A stretch of DNA of 64,000 bases, from positions 4,360 to 68,359 of the forward strand of contig JAHBTM010000006.1 in assembly GCA_019638635.1 (NCBI GenBank). The letters are read 5' to 3'. Below the pieces are notes generated by a model that saw only the letters and a list, made by a program, of their open reading frames with translations, did not search any database and was not told where the DNA came from. Every line of letters starts with the position of its first letter. Positions within the stretch are counted from its first letter, which is position 1. The position numbers were made by a program, and so were the translations under genes. The stretch comes from Ferruginibacter sp. (GTDB taxonomy: Bacteria > Bacteroidota > Bacteroidia > Chitinophagales > Chitinophagaceae). Positions 47,688 through 56,927 of this stretch are shown piece after piece.

Positions 47688-48365
47688 TTAACCGGTGAAT
47701 TTGTAACCCACACCTTTCACCGTAGCAATACAATCCATATCAAGCTTCTGACGAATTTTTCGGATGTGTACATCAATGGTACGGTCGCCCACGATGACTT
47801 CGGTGCCCCATACCTGATTTAATATTTCGTTGCGCAGAAAAACCTTTCCGGGTTTAGAGGCGAGTAATGCCAGCAGCTCAAATTCTTTTCGGGCCAGTAC
47901 AATGTCGCGCCCTTTCACCGTTACCAGAAAACGTTCACGATCAATTTTTAAATCGCCTGCTATCAATACTTTGGCATCATCGCTTCCAATCCTCCTGAAC
48001 AGTGATTGAACTTTGCTAAGTAAAACATTCGGACTAATCGGTTTGTTAAGGAAATCATCAGCCCCGGCTTCCAATCCCCTGATTTCAGAATTATCATCGC
48101 CCAGGGCCGTCAAAAAAATGATCAGGGTATGTTGAAATTCCGGCTGAAGCCTGAGTTGCTGACAAACCTCAAAACCATTTTTCATCGGCATCATGGCATC
48201 CAGAATGATCAGGTCGGGCTGATAAAATTTAGCCAACTCCAGGGCTTCGGCACCATTTTTTGCGGTCATCACTTCATATCCATCCTTCCGCAAATTGAAC
48301 GAGATGATCTCCAGGATATCCGGTTCGTCATCCGCAATCAGTATTTTACCTTTTATCATAATCAA
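47688..48365 (-). CDS. phoB: PhoB-like OmpR-family response regulator
   Basis: ILIADDEPDI, LIILDAMMP, GADDFLNKP, RTIDVHIRKIRQK, TVKGVGYKF; symbol assigned from context. Confidence 0.8.
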   Translation of the reverse strand: MIMIKGKILIADDEPDILEIISFNLRKDGYEVMTAKNGAEALELAKFYQPDLIILDAMMPMKNGFEVCQQLRLQPEFQHTLIIFLTALGDDNSEIRGLEAGADDFLNKPISPNVLLSKVQSLFRRIGSDDAKVLIAGDLKIDRERFLVTVKGRDIVLARKEFELLALLASKPGKVFLRNEILNQVWGTEVIVGDRTIDVHIRKIRQKLDMDCIATVKGVGYKFTG

Positions 48366-48373
48366 CGGTTTTG

Positions 48374-48429
48374 CAAAATTACTTGTTGCTCAAGCGTTAA
48401 CCGGTTGTTATAATATTATCAAATTGTTA
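48374..48429 (-). promoter_or_regulatory. phoB promoter with putative Pho boxes (autoregulation)
   Basis: On -: TAACAAT (48429) and TAATATT (48418); TAACAAC (48410), TAACGCT (48399), CAACAAG (48388); 11-bp spacing within each group; then TAATTTTG (48381-48374). Confidence 0.6.
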
Positions 48430-48514
48430 AACGCCCGGTGTTTAATCTGTAATTTGAATGCGTCTGTTTCGTACAGATGTTAAATAATCGGCATCTTTGC
48501 AGTTAAGATAAGAC

Positions 48515-50720
48515 ATGCGCATCATTTTACTCTACATTATTTTACTTTCAGGTGCTTCGGTTGCCAGGGCAGATACTTTATCTATTCCCATCAACCGCAT
48601 GTTTTTTCACGATAAAATTACCGCCGAGCAAAAATTAGTAGATCAGCTCGATGGTAAAGCCGACGGTGTTTTTTCCGTTGGAACCCATGAAGAAATCAAT
48701 CAACGGTTAACGGATGCATTGTACCGAAAAGTGAAAGATGTTACTTATTGGATTGAACGAAACGACAGCCTGGCTACCAACAATGAAAAAGTAAAATACC
48801 TCAACTATGTAGAACAAATGCTGCGTCAGTTCAGGGGGTTGTTGAAGAACCATGAAATACACGCTATCGATTTTGCCATGCTCAATCAGGTATTCTTTGA
48901 TGCGCTGCAATTGCACGCCCAGGGAGCCTCATTTACTTCAGTGATAACACCTGCGCCGTTCGGAATAGCAAAAATTGTTACAGAAGTTTTGCAAGACAAC
49001 GCCCACATACAAGCCGCACGGGAAGTGGTGTACACTAAGTTTTGTTATGCCTTTCCTGATAAGATCCTGCAAACGATTCGGCCGTTTGTAAACCACCCAA
49101 TGGCCGATAGTTTAATTGTACTGGCTGCCCGCTCAAATCCTGCTCAATTGTATTCCTATGCACAATCGCGCAGCACACCGGAAGGTGCCCTCATCCACCG
49201 CAATACCCATCCAATTGTTCAGGGCATCGCTGAACTGAGCCATACTCCACAGGCACTGTTTTATTTCCCTTTTTTAGACAACATCTTAACGGGTAAACAA
49301 ACCATTGAAAGCATACGAAATATTCTGGGAGATGGTTACCGCAAATACGACAGTGTAGCATATTATAAATTATTGGTTCAAACCGAAATTGAATACTACA
49401 AACGCATGGCCCCCCCGCTGAAAGACACACCCGTAGCCATGTTTGGAGCAAACGGCTTAAGAGATATGCTTCGCAAAAAATCAATCGAACATTTTGTAAC
49501 GCCCATCAATGAATTACACAATGTATCTAATATTCAGGTGCGCATGAAAGCCATTGAACCACTCACGGCACACGAGTTGTATTATATGATGGTGATGGGA
49601 GAGCATGAATTGTACACATCGAGTTATAAGCACTCGTTTAACCGCATGTTGATGCAGATGGGGCCAAAACTTCGCGGAGATGATTTGCTGAAAACGGTTC
49701 ATTTCGATCAGTTTAAAAAGTTTATTAAACTGGCAGCAGGGTATAATAAGCTGGATACCTTTTTAAAAACCATGCCAGCAACCAGTGCTGAATTATTGAT
49801 GAAAGCATTTGTAGCCAATCTCGATAAAACAGAAAATCTGGAAGATGCTGTAGATGTGGCCGGCTCTTACGCTAGCACATCACCGACAAATTGTTACAAT
49901 CTATCCTGCAATACGTTGATGAAAATCTGGACTCCATCGTGAAACAGGAAATGAAAGAGGCCAATTAATTTATGGCTTACTGAGGGAAATCTTTTTGTCT
50001 GCCGATACCACCCAACGAACCAATCTCACGGCCACGCTCGGCATTCCATCTATTTATGAAATTGGCCATGGGCAATTACAGAATGAAGAGGGTAAAGTGA
50101 TTCAACAGGTTTTTTTCTATGGAGATGAAGATGGTAAGGCGTTTTTCCCGGCATTTGTGCAATCGTTTTCATCCAAAGACTGGAAAGTAGTGCCTAAAAA
50201 AGAATGGATTGAATTCATATCGCACAACGGAAAAGTGGAAGTGTATGTCAATCGTCCGTTAGATAACGATGCCAATTTAGATGATAGTGCGCAGGTGCAT
50301 TTAATCAAGTATCTGGAAGATTTAGGTAAGTTCCCTACGGTGGTAGTGCATCGTGGCCATAGTTACTGGTTACCAAGAACCATCAGCCGCATGTCACCGG
50401 AAGCGCGAATTGTTTTATTAGGTTCCTGCGGAGGATATAAAAACCTGAATCAGATACTGGAGGTTTGTCCGGATGCACACATCATCTCCACCAAAGAAAT
50501 CGGGAAAGGCGATTTGAACCAGCCCATTATCAATTACCTGAATCAGCACTTTGTGGGCGGAAAAGATATTGGGTGGAGAAGTATGTGGAGAACCTTAACC
50601 ACTCAGTTCGCAACTTCACCAAGGGAAACACGCGAAAGCTGGGAAGATTATGTACCTCCGCACCGAAACCTTGGAGCCATATTTATTAAAGCATATCACA
50701 GAAAAATTCAGGCGGAATAG
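48515..50720 (+). pseudogene. Secreted hypothetical protein (~730 aa) interrupted by frameshifts near 49877 and 49947
   Basis: ORF 48515..49942 (signal peptide) continues in a shifted frame as ITDKLLQSILQYVDENLDSIVKQ and then in a third frame as GNERGQLIYGLLREIFLSAD into ORF 49995..50720. Could be an assembly error rather than a true pseudogene. Confidence 0.6.
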
Positions 50721-50742
50721 AATGACCTAAGTGTAACCGTTC

Positions 50743-52530
50743 ATGAGTAAACCGAAAAAAACATTCAACCTTGCCTTGCTGAAGCGTGTATATCGTGTAG
50801 CGGCACCCTATAAAAACAAATTTTATCTCTCGCTTTTTCTGGCGGTGTTATTGGCCGTGATGGCACCGATAAGGCCCTGGCTCATTCAAATGACCATTCA
50901 TTACGGAATCGAAAATCATGCTGCCGGTTGGCTGCTGAAAGGTCCGGGTGCATTTCTGATTGAAATCACCGTTATTCAAATTGTACTTTTATTGATAGAT
51001 GGCGCTGCACGATTTTGGTTTGCTTTTACATCCGCCCGATTGGGGCAGTATGTGGTGCGCGATTTACGCGTGAGCACCTACAGGAAAATCCTGAACCTCA
51101 ATGTACGGCAGTATGATACAACACCGATTGGCACATTAACTACTCGCACCATCAACGATATAGAATCGGTGAATGATATTTTCAGTGATGGACTGATTCC
51201 TATCATTGCAGATTTACTGGCGATACTATCCATACTCGGATATATGTTTGCAGTAGACTGGAAACTCACATTGGTTTGCCTGGCCCCATTTCCCCTTCTG
51301 ATTGTTGCCACCTACTTTTTTAAAGAAAGTGTAAATAAGTCCTTTATTCGTGTACGCAATGCCGTTGCCTCGCTTAATGCGTTTGTGCAGGAACATATTA
51401 CAGGCATGCAGGTGGTGCAGGCTTTTGCCGCTGAACATCAGGAGCAACAGAAGTTTGAAAAAATCAACCGTGAACATAAAAGAGCAAACATCCGCGCCAT
51501 CTTTGCATACTCTGTATTTTTTCCGTTGGTAGAATTGGTGTCGGCTGCCTCAATCGGTTTGTTGGTGTGGTGGGCAGGTAAAGAATCGGTGTTTGCCGGA
51601 GCCGGAAACGAAGTGGCGGGTGTAATCACTGCATTTATTTTGTGTTTGAATTTGCTCTTCAGGCCGCTTCGGGTAATGGCTGATAAGTTCAATGTGTTAC
51701 AAATGGGTATGATTGCCAGTGAGCGGGTATTCAAAGTACTCGATAATACAGATGTAACACCCGATTCGGGAACAGTCACCACTCCCATTCAGGGAGCCAT
51801 CGAATTCAGAAATGTATCTTTTGCGTATAACGAAGGTGCGCCTGTTTTGAAAAATGTAAGTTTCTCTATACCGGCGGGTAAAACGCTGGCTATTGTAGGT
51901 GCTACCGGAAGTGGAAAAACCACCATCACCAGCCTGATCAACCGTTTATATCCTGTAACCAGTGGCGATATTTTAGTGGATGGGATACCGGTGAACCATT
52001 ATGAAGTATCGTATTTAAGAAGCCGGATAGGGGTGGTTTTACAGGAGGTATATCTATTTAGCGGAACCATTCGCGACAACCTCACCCTGCGCAACCCCGA
52101 CATTTCAGAGGCGGCCATGGAGCAGGCGACAAAACTGGTTGATTTACACCCATTTATAATGAATCTTCCGGGAGGGTACCAATTCAATGTGCGGGAACGG
52201 GGTGCAGTGCTTTCGCTGGGGCAGCGTCAATTGCTGTCGTTTGCCCGGGCTGTTTTATACAATCCGTCGGTGCTGATTCTGGATGAAGCCACCTCTTCGG
52301 TGGATGGGGAAAGCGAAGCGTTGATACAACAGGCCATTGAAAAGTTAATCGCCGGGCGTACCTCTATTGTTATTGCCCATCGGTTGAGTACCATCCGCAA
52401 GGCCGATCGTATCCTGGTTATGGAGCGGGGCGAGGTGGCCGAGTGGGGTAGCCATGAAGAGTTGATGGAAAAGCAGGGGGCTTATTTTCGTTTATACCAA
52501 ACTCAGTTTAGTCAGACGGATGAGGTTTAA
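50743..52530 (+). CDS. ABC exporter (type IV; fused TMD and NBD)
   Basis: Six-TM domain, GATGSGKTT Walker A, LSLGQRQ signature, LILDEATS, IAHRLST. Confidence 0.96.
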   Translation: MSKPKKTFNLALLKRVYRVAAPYKNKFYLSLFLAVLLAVMAPIRPWLIQMTIHYGIENHAAGWLLKGPGAFLIEITVIQIVLLLIDGAARFWFAFTSARLGQYVVRDLRVSTYRKILNLNVRQYDTTPIGTLTTRTINDIESVNDIFSDGLIPIIADLLAILSILGYMFAVDWKLTLVCLAPFPLLIVATYFFKESVNKSFIRVRNAVASLNAFVQEHITGMQVVQAFAAEHQEQQKFEKINREHKRANIRAIFAYSVFFPLVELVSAASIGLLVWWAGKESVFAGAGNEVAGVITAFILCLNLLFRPLRVMADKFNVLQMGMIASERVFKVLDNTDVTPDSGTVTTPIQGAIEFRNVSFAYNEGAPVLKNVSFSIPAGKTLAIVGATGSGKTTITSLINRLYPVTSGDILVDGIPVNHYEVSYLRSRIGVVLQEVYLFSGTIRDNLTLRNPDISEAAMEQATKLVDLHPFIMNLPGGYQFNVRERGAVLSLGQRQLLSFARAVLYNPSVLILDEATSSVDGESEALIQQAIEKLIAGRTSIVIAHRLSTIRKADRILVMERGEVAEWGSHEELMEKQGAYFRLYQTQFSQTDEV

Positions 52531-52571
52531 CCGAATAAGGGATTAAATTTTACTATTAATGTTTCCGCCCT

Positions 52572-52579
52572 TATCTTTG
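52572..52579 (+). promoter_or_regulatory. -7 box TATCTTTG for atpB
   Basis: Exact TAnnTTTG match 19 nt before ATG 52599. Confidence 0.6.
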
Positions 52580-52598
52580 CGCCAAAATTGAGGAAAGC

Positions 52599-53675
52599 AT
52601 GGTGCAAAAGTGTTTAAAATCTTTACTGGTGGCGGTTTTTGGGCTGATGACCGTACTAACTCCTGCCAAAGTTTTGGCGGGTGGCGCACCGGGTGAAAAG
52701 TTAGATCCTGCCAAAATTATCTTAGACCATATCAAGGATGCCCATGAGTTCCATTTTTTTACCCTGGGCGATTTCCATGCAACCATTCCGTTACCGGTGA
52801 TTGTGTTTAGTCCTGAAAAGGGTTTATCCGTTTTTTCCTCCTCCCGTTTTGAGCACGGCCATGCGGCGTACAATGGGTATGAGTTGAAAGAAGGAAAAAT
52901 TGTAGCCCAGGATGGAAGTGCATTGTATGATTTCTCCATGACCAAGAATGTGGTTCAGATGATACTGGCGCTGATCGTTTTAGTGCTGCTGATGAATGGC
53001 ATTGCCAAGAAATACAAAAAAGGAATTGGGGTTACCTCTGCGCCCACCGGATGGCAGAATGCAGTGGAGCCCGTGATTACATTTGTGCGTGATGAAGTGG
53101 CCAAACCCAACCTCGGAAAAAAATGGGTGAAATACATGCCGTACCTTTTAACGCTGTTTTTCTTCATATTGATTAATAACTTATTCGGACTGATACCCGG
53201 TGCGGCCAACGTAACTGGTAATACGGCTTTCACCATCGTATTGGGTGTTATTTCTCTGATAGTGATTATGTTTAGCACCAACAGTCACTTCTGGGGTCAT
53301 ATTTTCTGGCCTCCCGGGGTACCGTTGCCGGTGAAGCTGATTTTGATTCCTATTGAATTATTGGGAGCCGTGGTAATCAAACCTGCTGCGTTGATCATTC
53401 GTTTGTTTGCCAACATGGTAGCAGGGCACATCATCATCCTGAGTTTTGTTTCTCTGATATTTATTTTTGGAGCCATGAGTAAAGTAGCCGGAATAGGATT
53501 TTCACCTATTTCTGTTGCCTTTACTGTCTTCATTTACTTTATAGAATTGCTGGTTGCGTTTATCCAGGCATTCATCTTCACCAATTTAACGGCAGTGTTT
53601 ATCGGACAAGCCTTTGAGGGTGGACATGACGACCACCACTCAGGTGAGCATGCACACGGTCACGCAGTAGCATAA
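52599..53675 (+). CDS. atpB: F0F1 ATP synthase subunit a
   Basis: Bacteroidota-type N-terminal extension, LIIRLFANMVAGH, ELLVAFIQAFIF. Confidence 0.97.
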   Translation: MVQKCLKSLLVAVFGLMTVLTPAKVLAGGAPGEKLDPAKIILDHIKDAHEFHFFTLGDFHATIPLPVIVFSPEKGLSVFSSSRFEHGHAAYNGYELKEGKIVAQDGSALYDFSMTKNVVQMILALIVLVLLMNGIAKKYKKGIGVTSAPTGWQNAVEPVITFVRDEVAKPNLGKKWVKYMPYLLTLFFFILINNLFGLIPGAANVTGNTAFTIVLGVISLIVIMFSTNSHFWGHIFWPPGVPLPVKLILIPIELLGAVVIKPAALIIRLFANMVAGHIIILSFVSLIFIFGAMSKVAGIGFSPISVAFTVFIYFIELLVAFIQAFIFTNLTAVFIGQAFEGGHDDHHSGEHAHGHAVA

Positions 53676-53694
53676 AGATTTTATTCATTTATAA

Positions 53695-53958
<264 letters not shown>

Positions 53959-53973
53959 TTGCTGCACAAATTT

Positions 53974-54012
53974 ATTACTGCACCTTAAGCACAGGGCGGC
54001 GGGTGCAGTAAT
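53974..54012 (+). other. Intercistronic stem-loop after atpE
   Basis: Perfect 11-bp inverted repeat ATTACTGCACC/GGTGCAGTAAT with no U tract. Confidence 0.6.
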
Positions 54013-54045
54013 CTTCAAATTGAAAAAAACATAATTAATAATACC

Positions 54046-54540
54046 ATGGATTTATTATTGCCACACGTAGGTTTAATTTTCTGGACGCTACTTGCTTTCC
54101 TGATTGTATTTTTTCTGCTGAAAAAATTTGCATGGAAAGCCATCCTCAATGGTTTGAACGAAAGGGAAGCGAATATCAACGATGCGATTGCCACTGCTGA
54201 AAAGGTGAAAATGGAAATGGCTCAAATGAAAAGCGAGAACGAAGCCTTATTGGCTACAGCTCGTGAAGAGCGCGCACAAATGTTGAAAGAAGCGAAGGAG
54301 ATTAAAGATAGAATGATCAATGATGCACGCGATGAGGCTAAAGTGCAGGCTGCAAAAATTATTGCCGATGCACAGGCTTCAATCCAAAACCAGAAAATGG
54401 CTGCCATGATTGACATTAAAAATCAGGTAGGTAAAATGGTGATTGAGGTAAGTGAGAAAATCCTCAGAAAGGAATTATCGAACAAACCGGAACAGGAAAC
54501 CTACATCCGTCAGTTAACCGACGAAATCAAATTGAACTAA
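54046..54540 (+). CDS. atpF: F0F1 ATP synthase subunit b
   Basis: GLIFWT..AFLIVFFLLKKFAWK TM helix followed by a long coiled coil. Confidence 0.96.
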   Translation: MDLLLPHVGLIFWTLLAFLIVFFLLKKFAWKAILNGLNEREANINDAIATAEKVKMEMAQMKSENEALLATAREERAQMLKEAKEIKDRMINDARDEAKVQAAKIIADAQASIQNQKMAAMIDIKNQVGKMVIEVSEKILRKELSNKPEQETYIRQLTDEIKLN

Positions 54541-54581
54541 TCTTTTGATTCGTTAGCCGCAGGCATTCAAATTTAAAACAC

Positions 54582-55145
54582 ATGAACAATCCACGTTTAG
54601 CAGGAAGGTATGCAAAAAGTCTGATCGGACTGGCTCAGGAAAAAAGCCAGTTAGAGCAGGTGTATGCCGACATAAAAATGTTGAAGGGAATCACTCAGTC
54701 GAACCCTGATTTCCTTGCACTATTGCGGAGCCCGGTGGTATCAGCAGATAAGAAACAGAAAATCCTGACTGCGGTGTTGGATGGAAAGGTATCGGCGATC
54801 ACGGCAGGATTTATTAAACTGCTCATCAGCAAACACCGCGAAAGCAACCTTCCTGAAATTGTTACTGCCTTTGTAAAACAGTACAATGAGTTGAACAACA
54901 TTCATGAAGTTCGAATCACTACGGCCCAACCGATGAGTGCGGAAATGCAACAGGCTATTGTGGATAAGGTGAAATCCAACGCACATTTTGAAAAGATTGA
55001 ATTAACTACAATGGTGAAAGACGAGCTCATTGGTGGGTTTAAACTGGAAGTAGGAGATACATTGATAGATGCATCTATTTTACGCGACCTCAAAGATGTA
55101 AAGCGTCAGTTCCAGAGCAATGAGTATATACATAACATCAGATAA
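54582..55145 (+). CDS. atpH: F0F1 ATP synthase subunit delta
   Basis: LAGRYAKSL, LLRSPVV, ELIGGF, IDASI. Confidence 0.96.
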   Translation: MNNPRLAGRYAKSLIGLAQEKSQLEQVYADIKMLKGITQSNPDFLALLRSPVVSADKKQKILTAVLDGKVSAITAGFIKLLISKHRESNLPEIVTAFVKQYNELNNIHEVRITTAQPMSAEMQQAIVDKVKSNAHFEKIELTTMVKDELIGGFKLEVGDTLIDASILRDLKDVKRQFQSNEYIHNIR

Positions 55146-55169
55146 TTAATTACAACACTTTATTCCCGG

Positions 55170-55197
55170 GCTGCTTCATATTGAAGCAGCTTTTTTT
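55170..55197 (+). terminator. Intrinsic terminator directly after atpH
   Basis: GCTGCTTCA(TAT)TGAAGCAGC followed by T7. Confidence 0.85.
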
Positions 55198-55344
55198 ATG
55201 CTTGTAACTTCATCCATCTAATGGCTAAGAATGATATGAGATTTATAAAACACACAAAGTGTATGTCAGGTTTGATAGCAAGAGAAATATTGAAATCATT
55301 TAAAAAAATACGTTGCTGTATATCCTAATTTAAGATTGAATCGG

Positions 55345-55383
55345 GTAAAATCATCGCAATTACGTATTTTAGGATGATTTTAC
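55345..55383. repeat. Perfect 11-bp inverted repeat with 17-nt spacer
   Basis: GTAAAATCATC (55345-55355) and GATGATTTTAC (55373-55383). Confidence 0.7.
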
Positions 55384-55400
55384 ATCTAATCATTCACACC

Positions 55401-55571
55401 ATGAGTCCCATAAGGATAATTATTCCTATTCTACTATTTTCATTGTTTGTGTTTTGGATAATGTATAGACTCTTTATTAAAAGAGACTTACGTCAACACA
55501 AGAACAGTGTTTACGTAGGATGTTTTTTTGTTGCCGTATGGGCCATCCTATATGCTGTTCTCTGTTATTGA
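55401..55571 (+). CDS. Small two-TM membrane protein (56 aa; 65 aa if started at 55374)
   Basis: MSPIRIIIPILLFSLFVFWIMYRLF-basic loop-VYVGCFFVAVWAILYAVL hairpin topology. Confidence 0.5.
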   Translation: MSPIRIIIPILLFSLFVFWIMYRLFIKRDLRQHKNSVYVGCFFVAVWAILYAVLCY

Positions 55572-55705
55572 ATCAATGGTTTTGCATCCATCTCTTTGAA
55601 AGATTGCCCGAATTCTGGGATCCCACTAATATTCAATGCTATCCACCCGGCTATCCTCAAGCTTCATGGCTTGTAGAAATAGTGATAATTAAAAAACAAT
55701 TAAAA

Positions 55706-55739
55706 TTTATTGTAAAACAATAAAAATGTATTATTTTTG
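55706..55739 (+). promoter_or_regulatory. Palindromic operator and -7 box of the DUF2975-HTH operon
   Basis: TTTATTGT-AAA-ACAATAAA (55706-55724) just upstream of TATTTTTG (55732-55739). Confidence 0.7.
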
Positions 55740-55763
55740 GATATCATTTTAAAATTTAAACGA

Positions 55764-56300
55764 ATGACCAAACTGGATAAATTTGCAATTACATTGCTAT
55801 ATGTCATTGCATGGTTAATCTTTGTAGGATTAAGCATTGAGGCCGGAGGATTGATTGTAAACTTTTTTTTCAGTGTTTTCAAACCGCAAGTCGTTGAGCG
55901 GCTTTACCAGAAGTTAGATTTGAGTGTCATGTACGCACAAAGCAAAGCCGTTTTTTTTGGGGTGTACAGTTTTATCATTTTTATCGCAGTTTTAAAAGCC
56001 GTTTTATTCTATAGGGTGATACAACTGGTACATCATTTAAATTTAAATAAACCCTTCAGCCGATTGGTATCCCGAAAGGTTCTGCAGATCAGCTATTATA
56101 CTTTTTCTATTGGTATCATTAGCCTCATCGCCCGCCAGTTCGTAAAAAACGTATCGCATCACGGCTATACCATCGATATATTAGGGGAGTTTTGGGTGGA
56201 TAGTCAGGCATTTATTCTAATGGCAACGGTTATTTATATCATTGCCGTAATTTTCAAAAGGGGAATTGAAATGCAGGAAGAAAACGAATTAACTGTTTAA
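55764..56300 (+). CDS. DUF2975 family membrane protein
   Basis: Four TM segments, LNKPFS, C-terminal IFKRGIEMQEENELTV; likely start ATG 55764. Confidence 0.9.
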   Translation: MTKLDKFAITLLYVIAWLIFVGLSIEAGGLIVNFFFSVFKPQVVERLYQKLDLSVMYAQSKAVFFGVYSFIIFIAVLKAVLFYRVIQLVHHLNLNKPFSRLVSRKVLQISYYTFSIGIISLIARQFVKNVSHHGYTIDILGEFWVDSQAFILMATVIYIIAVIFKRGIEMQEENELTV

Positions 56301-56303
56301 GCT

Positions 56304-56528
56304 ATGCCTATAATTGTAAACCTGGATGTGATGATGGCAAAGCGCAAAATGTCGCTTAATGAACTTTCAGGCAGAGTAGATTTAACGCTCTCCAACCTTT
56401 CTATTTTAAAAACCGGTAAAGCCAAAGCCATTCGTTTTAGCACCCTGGAAGCGATATGTAAAGCGCTGGATTGCCAGCCCGGTGATCTTTTAGAATATGT
56501 TGACGATTCAAAGAATTCAAAAAATTAA
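56304..56528 (+). CDS. Cro/C1-type HTH regulator (YozG-like)
   Basis: MPIIVNLDVMMAKRKMSL, NLSILKTGKAKAIRFSTLEAICKALDCQPGDLLEY. Confidence 0.95.
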   Translation: MPIIVNLDVMMAKRKMSLNELSGRVDLTLSNLSILKTGKAKAIRFSTLEAICKALDCQPGDLLEYVDDSKNSKN

Positions 56529-56543
56529 ATAAACGCATCTAGT

Positions 56544-56927
56544 ATGAAAAAGAAAGTCACACATTTTGCCATATACATCGATGATATGGAGCGAGCGAAA
56601 CATTTTTATGACAGTGTATTTGAGTGGGGTTTTAGTGGCTATGGCACAACAGACTTTATGCAAATTAAAGTAGATAAAACTGCACAGGGAGAAACCATTG
56701 GTGCATTGCAATCACGCAAATACGCACCGCTTCCCGAAAAAATAATTGGACTGGAATGTACGGTTGCCGTGGAGAATCTGGACGAAACGATAGATCGGGT
56801 GAAAGAGAATGGCGGGCAAGTGCTCATGCCGAAAACGGTTATTCCAACGGTAGGTTGGTTGGCCAAATTTTTAGATACAGAAGGAAACCTGATTTGTGCC
56901 ATGCAATACGATATGAATGCAAGATGA
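56544..56927 (+). CDS. VOC (glyoxalase-like) family protein
   Basis: VTHFAIYIDDMERAKHFY..VFEW, NGGQVLMPK..IPTVGWLA.FLDTEGN. Confidence 0.93.
   Translation: MKKKVTHFAIYIDDMERAKHFYDSVFEWGFSGYGTTDFMQIKVDKTAQGETIGALQSRKYAPLPEKIIGLECTVAVENLDETIDRVKENGGQVLMPKTVIPTVGWLAKFLDTEGNLICAMQYDMNAR

Noticed and set aside
49870-49960. Programmed ribosomal frameshifting
   Set aside because: It would need two successive shifts, and there is no canonical slippery heptamer or downstream stimulator.
56756-56923. N-terminal 56 aa of the 202-aa ORF in the track
   Set aside because: Overlaps the VOC gene out of frame; the real DUF1801 start is the coupled ATG at 56924.
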